Shown here: piece by piece, positions 55,741 to 64,000 of the stretch
Position numbering within the stretch: the stretch's first letter is position 1
Layout: each line of letters begins with the position of its first letter
Source: Hormiphora californensis
Taxonomy: Eukaryota; Animalia; Ctenophora
Length of the DNA: 64,000 nt
Direction: 5' to 3'
Assembly (NCBI GenBank): GCA_020137815.1
Contig: CM035362.1
Coordinates: 496,001-560,000, forward strand
The notes under the pieces: model-generated
The model's input: only the letters and a program-made list of their open reading frames with translations
Databases searched by the model: none
What the model was told of the DNA's origin: nothing
Position numbers and translations under genes: made by a program

Positions 55741-55953
55741 AGGGTAGTAACACAGTGGCTGACTGGGAGATTTACCTCTCACGTGAGATGCCTAATTAGC
55801 CTAATTCTCTCCGATTTAAATATATTATTATGTACTTACTTATACTGAACTAGCGCACCCATTGGGTGCGCCTCAAGTAAGGGCCTTTTGATAACCCACC
55901 CGGCTTCGCCGCGCCGTGTGGCTCATTTCGCCACTTTCAACGTCAATAACACG

Positions 55954-55967
55954 GTTGCCATGGCAAC
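55954..55967. promoter_or_regulatory. Perfect RFX X-box palindrome GTTGCCATGGCAAC
   Basis: Exact match to the X-box consensus; target gene unclear. Confidence 0.35.
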
Positions 55968-56869
55968 TGAATTGGTAACTATGGTGACTGGCGTCTGGCA
56001 TGTTAAAAGTCATTCGAAAATATTAACAAACTTCCACTGGAAGTTCCAAAAGTGTGAGCAACAGCTTTACAGCTTTGGGCCTATAAAGTGTTTTATGAAG
56101 GTGCAGTCTATCGCTTAGATACCGCTGAACGAACGAATTCGACGCGACATCTCCGAGGTAGCAAAAGGCGGGTAATGACTTGAGGGAAGTAGAGTTATGC
56201 GTGAGATCCTGGTTCCATCACGTGTGCTCCATATATTACTGGTAGAACTACCCCGTGCTATGTGCCCGTTGGTAACGGAAAGCTGCATTTGAGTAGCCTT
56301 CAATGGGAGGTAGGGATCCTTGTGTTCAGCCAAGTGCAAGCTGTAGCTTTCTACTAGTAAAATGTTGACACTGATCAGTGATCACTGGGTTATTGAGAGC
56401 TCTGAAAGTGACGAGTTTTACGATTCAAATTAAAAAGTGTATTTTCAAGCGGATAAACACACACATATTTCATTTGGTGAAATGTGAACTGCTGCAGTCT
56501 GATGTTTTTCATTTTGACCAGGTGATACATCATGAATTTAATTATTATTTTCAAAATATTATAACGAATTTCAATGGGTTGAATTTTGATTTGAACACAA
56601 TGTTTTAAAACAATTTACAGCAATTTTCAACATAATGCATTATATCACAGCATTATATTCACAACATCGATTGCATATTTCACAGTTTTTTTGACGAAGT
56701 TTGAAACAACATTTACGGTTTACACTTGCAAAGCTCAGCAAGAAGAACATTGAAATAAAATGCATGGCATCATGTAAAACAGTAAAACAGATAAACGGGG
56801 CCTGCCCAGCTGTGTCCTAAGACCTTCCTCTACAACGTATCTGCCAGAATGGAATCTCGTGTTTCCCTA

Positions 56870-58587
56870 CTAGGTATCTGACAGAATTGAATCTCGTGTC
56901 TCCCTACTAAGCACAAAACTAAACCCAAAAGTGGAGATTGCTGCAACAACAAAGGATCCAGCGACCAGTAGGGGGCTCACATAGAACAATAGCACCACCG
57001 CTGTAGTCCCTACAACAGCGCCACACTTCCCGGAGGAGTTGATGGCACCTGTAGCAGTGGATCGGACTATGGTTGGGAAACTCTCCGGGATGATGATCCA
57101 GATAATCATAACGACAATGGCGTTAATGATTTTAATAAGCGTCGCCACCCCAAACAGGTAGAACTCACCGAAGCAGACAAACAAAAGAGCCATGATGGCG
57201 ATCTGAACACCACTACCAACACGGAGAGGTCTCAGCCTGCCAACTTTGCTGGCGATGAAGAACGCAGCCACACATCCCACCAGACTGCCTATAGCCGAGA
57301 CAGTCAACATGAGGAGATCCTGTTGGGAGAGGGTAGCACAGCGATCTCGCTTGGGAGGCTTGCCACTTTCACCGCAGAACGTTGAGATAAATGCAAGGGG
57401 AAGGAACACCAGTACACCAGTCTCCAACAGAATGTTGAAAAAGTACATGGCAGCCAGTGCGATGGCTGGAATTCGATATTCTTTAGTCTTCCACAAGACG
57501 GAGTAACTCCCCAGTTCCCCTGATTCCTGATGACAATAAACACTGAACTTTGGTGGAAGTTCGACACCGTTCAACCAGGCCATGGTTTTAATGGCGCTGT
57601 TTGCCCGTTCCTGTTGGTTACTGACAACAAGATACCGGGGACTCTCAGGGAATAGAAGAAGTAGGATGAAGGCAGGGATGACGGGGATGGTGATGATGAT
57701 TATTAACCATCTCCACCCGGTAGCATTGAGGACAAAATACCCGAATAGGTTCACTGTAAACATGGAGAAGTAGGATCCCATAATGGAGATAACAGGGCCG
57801 TATGTCCGGTATGAGTTCGGGCAGAACTCTGTTGAATACACTACGATGGTTGAGAAGTTAGCTCCAACACAGATACCAGTGATAGTCCTCCAGAAGAGGA
57901 AGAGCCATTGATTGCTTGCCAGCGCTGCTCCACCTGCCGCAATAATGAGCAGGAGGGTAGTGACCAACATGACGGTACGACGTCCAAATATATCAGCCAG
58001 TTTTCCACATAACATTGCACCTGGTGAGAATTCAGTTAGAATGATTCCATGATGTTACCATGGTTGCCATGGTATTACGATTAAATCACTTGATATGATA
58101 CATTTATCTTGTACCAGGTCTAACGACATGTGTAGTAAAATACGGTTACGACTTACTCATTGCATAAACGACGAAGATGGAAATGGTAATGGTCGCCTCG
58201 AAAGTTGAAGACAGATCCCACTCGCATCTTATGTAGGGAATGATCAGAGCAATGAGGGTGAGCTCTGCATAGTCAGAGTAGGCTATCAGGAAACTAGCCG
58301 TCCAGGATATATACTGGGCCCAGCCGAGACCTGATGTAATAGGGATATCCGATATGCTATACACATTTTATGAAGTGTTTCGAAAGTTCGACTCAATCTG
58401 TTGGTTGTTTGGAAGGTTGAAAATAAAACGGAATTAGAACAACAGAACATTAATACGGCTTACCTAGTTTTTCATAGACCTCATGTAGCGCCATTGCATC
58501 CTCATCCTCACCCTCTTTAACTGGATCAGTAGGTGGCTCTATAATAGGGCTCTCGTCCGTAGCTCCATACTTCTCTTTATCTGACAT
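56870..58587 (-). CDS. SVOP/SV2-related MFS transporter, ~482 aa. Exons 58587-58464, 58330-58157, 58020-56870
   Basis: MFS motif A GKLADIFGRR, YSTEFCP..R, PESPRYL, PESFPTIVRSTATG; about 12 TM segments; phases consistent. Confidence 0.9.
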
Positions 58588-58620
58588 ACTTTTGAGCAAT
58601 AATCAAATTGTTTAAGTATA

Positions 58621-58766
58621 TTATGCCAAAAACTAACAGAAATTAGTTGGCTGGAAAGGTGACCATTTTGTTGTCAAACTGACACCTTTGCCCTCTCCGG
58701 GTTTCATCATTATCTTTCCCTCTCTTATTTCTGTCTCTCTCTCTCTTTCACTTTCTCTCTCTTTCA

Positions 58767-58823
<57 letters not shown>

Positions 58824-59900
58824 CCTGATTTACCCCCTGATTTACCCCATCGATCATATCCGTAACCCGGGCCGGGCAAAGGTGTCAGTTTGACAACAAA
58901 ATGGTCACCTTTCCAGCCAACTAATTTCTGTTAGTTTTTGGCATAATTGGGGTATATTTTTGGTATTTTCTGATGTGAAATACAATGTAAGACATGTCTG
59001 GACGTGTAAAGACCGTCAGGAATCGCTGAAATACAAAAATTTCAATTTTGACGTCATTATGACGTCATAGCGTGACGTCACGACGTTATAACGTCAAGAT
59101 AGGGATATATTATTATCAGGCTCATTTAGATAAAGATGCTGACCAAGTTTGAGATCGATTGGACACGATTTGAGGTCGCTCTGGCGAAAAACGCATTATC
59201 GTCATATCTATTTTCATACAGTCTTAACACTTCAGACGCGATTTGAGACCCTTAGAAATAGAGTTTCACAAATTCGCGATATAGTTTCTGAAAGTATAGA
59301 CGATTATCTTTCGTAAGTGCGGTCTCCGTTTTTCAATCAGAAGCCGTCTTCAGGGTGTAAATTGAGCTCAAAGAAATTTGGTTGATTTGAAAAAACTCTT
59401 ATCTTTATGACAGTTTGTTAAGACGTTCTGGTTGGACCTAGAACATGAAAACTATTCGTCTACACAATTTGAACGATTATCTTTCGAATGCAACAAACGA
59501 GAAGTGTCTATCTTATGTCGTTTTCTCTCAAAAATGATTATAAATTTGGTAAAAACAGCGTCTATCCATAGATAGATAGATAGATACATAGATAGATAGA
59601 TAGACCCGGGACATTTATTGCTTTTTTCACGATACCATATCTCTAAAACTAAAAGAGATAGAGACTTGCCCTTTTAAACTACAGTAGATCTAGACTATGT
59701 GACACTGTATACCAAATTTCAGACCGATCGGTGCAGTGGGGGCCTCCCTATGGGCGTCGCAAAATGCCATTTTTGGCTAAAAAGTGAAAAAAGTTATTAC
59801 TGCACTCTGGCACGCGCGGCTGGGGGGAGGGGATGGTCACCTTTGCGCTTGCCAGCGCAGTGATTTGCCACGCTCACGATCCCTGCTTAATATTATCTTT
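58621..59900. mobile_element. Helentron/DINE-like element region: ~72-bp inverted repeats (58621-58692 / 58874-58946) around (CT)n, then (GATA)n and a terminal stem-loop
   Basis: Inverted repeat seen directly; GATA microsatellite at 59567-59602; TGCGCT..AGCGCA stem near 59845. Boundaries approximate. Confidence 0.45.
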
Positions 59901-60072
59901 TTGATATGACGGGTTCGAAAGCATAAAAGATACAAACACTGAAAAGCAAGCATTTAGAGACAACTACAAAGTGATTTTAGGAACAGGAAAACAATCATAC
60001 ATTATGCGTACTAACTTCACTCCCTTTATTAGCTATGTAACTCTCCAGCTCATCTCGAATAATCTCTCTCTC

Positions 60073-60086
60073 GTTGCCATGGCAAC
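60073..60086. promoter_or_regulatory. Perfect RFX X-box overlapping the start codon
   Basis: GTTGCC-AT-GGCAAC contains the ATG at 60079. Confidence 0.45.
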
Positions 60087-62232
60087 ATTTACGGAGAAGC
60101 TCTCCCGATTTCTCCCTGCTTCTGAGAATGAGTTTGGTAGGGAAATAGTACAGGATGTGGCGGAGAGGGTGTGTGGTGAGAATATAGAGGGGTGGCATGT
60201 TGAGGAGACCCTACGGAGAGTAGTGAAGAACAACAATGGTAAATTAGATAGGTCTCTCTGTCTCTTAATCGTTCTCTCTGTTTCTCTCTCTCTCTCTCTC
60301 TCTCCCTCCCGCAGGTTCGTGTCCACGAGACCTCATGGAGAGCACTATAGTGGAGCTCCAAAGACGAATCACCCTGGAAAAGACTCTCCTATGGGATATG
60401 CGTCTACTGAATGGTACAGCGGATACACCCCTCTCAATGAAAAACGTCCTTATTCTATTCAAGGTAAATAAAACTAGACAATAGTTAACTTTCAACACTC
60501 AATAGTCGAAAGACAGAAAATACCAACTTTCAGACATATTTTGGAGACAACTTCGGGAGAAAAGACTGGCAGGACTTTGTAAAACGTCGAGAAAAGGAGG
60601 GCCCTGCTTCCTTTTTAGAACTAAGGTAAATTTCCATAAGCAGCTCCTACCCCGATGTGTCAATTTGTCTCACAAAAGACTGCACTATCCGAACCGTGCG
60701 TGGTTACAGTATGAAATGTTTCTGTGTTACTTATTACATATCTCCCATCTACTCAGGAAAGTGTTTTGTAACTACGTCTCTTCTGGTGAATCGTCCGGAG
60801 ATGAGAACCTGGAGAATATATTGGAGGCCCTGGGGGAACAGGAGAATAAACCCCCAGTCATGCCTGTTGAGTCTGAAGAGAACAAACAAGCACGGAGACA
60901 GAGGTAAGAACTAATTGTGTTTGAAAAACAAAGTTTTCACTCGTCCAGGACACACATGTAATGGTTGCCACGATGGTACTTTCACCTGCTATATATAGAG
61001 TTTTCGAATTCTAAACTAATGTAGATTCGCATAGGTACTAATTTAAAATCTCCTGCAGGTACCGAGCTCAAGCTAAAGCATGGCTGGGTGAGCTGAAGGT
61101 GGCAGTGGCACCAGCTCCAGTTAATTCCGAACCCTTTGTACGGGCCATCTCCAGGAAATATCAGCTTCTATGTCGGGTATGTGGTACACACCATATTAGG
61201 GCATATATTAGTGTTTGCCCATATTTGGTAATGCCCATGTTTCTAACTATTATAGGTCGCAATTCAAGATGCACTTGAGAGGGATATTGGGGAGGAAGCG
61301 TGGCTTGTCAAAACGGAATCTGAGAGAGATGAAATGGTTTCCGCGATTGAAGCTAAGGTTCAGAGCCTCCGGGCGCTTGGTAGACTTCTGTATTGCGATC
61401 ATGCCTTACAACTAAAAGGTAGGTTTTTAAAAAATTCAGGAAATTAAAATGCCCTTTTTGGGCATATAAAATACCTTATTTGGGCAAATGGCTTATTTGG
61501 GCAAGAGAAACTATGAGCATGATGTGCATTTAGTTGTACAGCTCACTGGACAAATGCATGCGGAAGTGGGTTCTGAGTATATAATAACTGCAGCTCCAGG
61601 ACTTTTTGCTAAAGAGAGAGAGCTAAGAGAGGGACTAGAGAGAGAGAAAAAATATATGCTGGGGATAAGAGATGCATTTTCCAAAGACCAATCACTATGC
61701 AAGAGTTAAATCACTGACACCGAGCGACACAGTAATTAATGCATATCCTGTTTGAAAAACATTGTTGATTGCTAGCTGTTATAAAATACATAAATACATA
61801 ATGCTCAATTTGACCAGGATTGCTCCAAACCCAAGAGGGACTACCAAACCTGATGGGACTCAACTTTCTGAAAGCAAGAACATTTACAGAGAAGGTCATT
61901 GGACACAGGGAGAAAATGTTCAGGTAAATATCGGTAGACGGGAGTTTGAGTCGCCAGTCGGACCAGGAAAAAACTTATTCCTTGTTCACTATTTATTGTT
62001 TATATGTTTGTTGATTTTTTGATAAATCGAGTTTTAGAACTGTCAAATCTTTGTTTGCTTTAATTCTGAACAATATATTTTACAGAGCTGGTCAGTATAT
62101 TTTACAACTAACAATTTACAGAGCTGGTAGGGATGAGAGCCATGTTAAAGAGAAGGAGATCAAGGAATATACTGCTACAAAGACAAGGAACACAGAGGTT
62201 GCTCAGAACAGCATACATGATCTCTGTCAAAG
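60079..62232 (+). CDS. Uncharacterised protein with a degenerate N-terminal EF-hand-like pair and coiled-coil region, 5' part (continues past window). Exons 60079-60238, 60315-60463, 60534-60625, 60757-60903, 61059-61176, 61256-61418, (61594-61704), 61818-61923, 62122-62232
   Basis: Eight or nine GT-AG exons join in one open frame; LWDMRLLNGTADTPLSMKNVLILFK..WQDFVKRR..SFLELRKVFC resembles a divergent EF-hand pair. Confidence 0.75.
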
Positions 62233-62924
62233 GTAAGTTGTTCTCGACCCCCTCTAACACCGCGCCCCGGTTAGAACATAACAAGGTGCTGCACTGTTTT
62301 AGTGTCTCAGGACCCAAGCTAGAGACGGGTTTGTTAAAACAAACAAGTGTACACACAGCTAGAAGGGAACTGAATTGATATTACGAAGATTTTAGTTCCT
62401 TATATCGACCAAAACGCGGAGTTTTTACGTCAGCCGACCCGAAACCGGATTAAATTTGGCCACCCGCTGGTCTCAGGGCCTCTAAATATGTCAAAATATG
62501 TTTAAATTATTATTCTGGGTCATTTAGATCCTTTAATTACATCACAGCGCTGGCAAGCGCCCCGGGGCCAATCCCAGGCCAAGAAACACAATTGTGGTGA
62601 AAGTAGCGGTACATAGGAGTAGTATAGCGTAACATGACACCCACAACAGAGAGGGGAATTGGCTGTCAACGCCCCTTTACGGGCCAGCGCTTACATACTT
62701 ATTTTACAGATGAGCCCTTTTCAAGCGGCTAAAAAACATACTTCCATTATTCCAATCCAGCTCAAATTTTGTATTAAGAGTTGCCAACTAGGGAACTTTG
62801 TTGTGTAAAAATTTCACGCTCCTAGGTTTTGTACTTCACAAGTTATAAAGGGCTCAAATATCGGCCATTTAAGATATATAGGTCGATAGATCGATAGATA
62901 GATACAGATTTTTGCGTCAATCTT

Positions 62925-63543
62925 AGAAACACGATTTCTCAAAAACGGTAAACAGTAGCTGCACAATTCCAAAAACATCTTTTAGTGCTAAGTGCTTGGC
63001 CGTGTTTTAAAGCGAGATGGTGTAAATTGGTCTATTGTAATAAGAGTTATGACGGTCTTAAATAATTAAGACGATTTTTTAGAAACACGATTTCTCAAAA
63101 ATGGTAAACAGTAGCTGCACAATTCCAAAAACATCTTTTAGTGCTAGTGCTTGGCCGTGTTTTAAAGCGAGATGGTGTTAATTGGTCTATTGTAATAAGA
63201 GTTATGACGGTCTTAAATAATTAAGACAATTTTTAAGAAACACGGTTTCTCAAAAACGGTAAACAGTAGCTGCACAATTCCAAAAACATCTTTTAGTGCT
63301 AGTGCTTGGCCGTGTTTTAAAGCGAGATGGTGTAAATTGGTCTATTGTAATAAGAGTTATGACGTTCTTAAATAATTAAGACGATTTTTAAGAAATACGA
63401 TTTCTCAAAAACGGTAAACAGTAACTGCACAATTCCAAAAACATCTTTTAGTGCTAGTGCTTGGCCGTGTTTTAAAGCGAGATGGTGCAAATTGGTCGAT
63501 TATAACAAGAGTTATGACGGTCTTAAGAATTAGGACGATTTTC
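62925..63543. repeat. 156-bp tandem repeat x4 next to (GATA)n, within a probable Helentron-like element (~62335-63830)
   Basis: Units start at about 62925, 63081, 63237 and 63392. Confidence 0.9.
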
Positions 63544-63831
63544 AGTATATCTCGAGTGTCTACCGAATTACCGATTATAGATAAACTTCAGGCCGGCTCA
63601 ATTTGGTCGAGAAATGACTGTCTGTGGTAAAACCAAAACACATGATACTTGAACCAAAACCAAACACGTTTGGTGGATTTCCCGGGGCAACAGAACGTGA
63701 AACTATTTTATTTCGAAAATACATGATATGGAGACGCCCGGGGGCCGGGGTGCTGTCAAGTCCGCTATACACAAACTGATGAACTTTGGGCACGTCGCGC
63801 CCCTCATGTTCACGCGGGCAATGATGAACTA

Positions 63832-63970
63832 CAGTCGGACCCCGATTTAGGGGCCCCCGATTTAGTGGCACCCTGATTTAGGGACAGGATTTTTTCCCCC
63901 GATATACGAAAATTAACATTATTTGAACCCGATTTAGTGGACACCCCGATTTAGTGGACAAGAGCCTTTC
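63832..63970. mobile_element. Truncated copy of the 30359-30530 MITE
   Basis: Near-identical 5' 140 bp; right TIR missing. Confidence 0.85.
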
Positions 63971-64000
63971 AAATAAAAGACAAAAGTTGTCTCGTCACAT

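Overview
Eukaryotic, intron-rich animal DNA, most likely from a ctenophore of the genus Pleurobrachia. That call rests on my recall of the ctenophore spliced-leader sequence (matched at 51534-51574) and of abundant Pleurobrachia repeats, and it needs a database check. Genes assembled by hand from splice signals and reading frame: the 3' part of a Sushi/CCP-repeat gene (+); SPRYD7 (+) with a DUOXA-like gene nested antisense in its last intron; a co-oriented minus-strand trio RNase T2 - MED21 - SEC22A/C-like; a spliced AcademX-type transposase/XPG-nuclease gene of ~1727 aa (+) with intact catalytic motifs and tandemly multiplied N-terminal exons; a CR1/L2 LINE with intact ORF2 (-); a small Cys-rich single-pass membrane protein with an inverted truncated copy; an SVOP-like MFS transporter (-); and the 5' part of an EF-hand/coiled-coil gene (+). 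Between and inside the genes lie many MITE/foldback elements (TA, TTAA, 3-bp and 9-bp TSD classes), Helentron-like elements, and mini- and microsatellites. Main findings: (1) a LINE-ORF1-like retrocopy that begins with the trans-spliced leader; (2) the AcademX gene plus a TAG..CTA foldback with a 3-bp TSD that may be its non-autonomous partner; (3) recurrent short tandem duplications spanning splice sites in most genes; (4) AG acceptors just upstream of start codons and a possible operon-like trio; (5) a TSD-flanked insertion made of tandem and inverted copies of a 504-bp unit.
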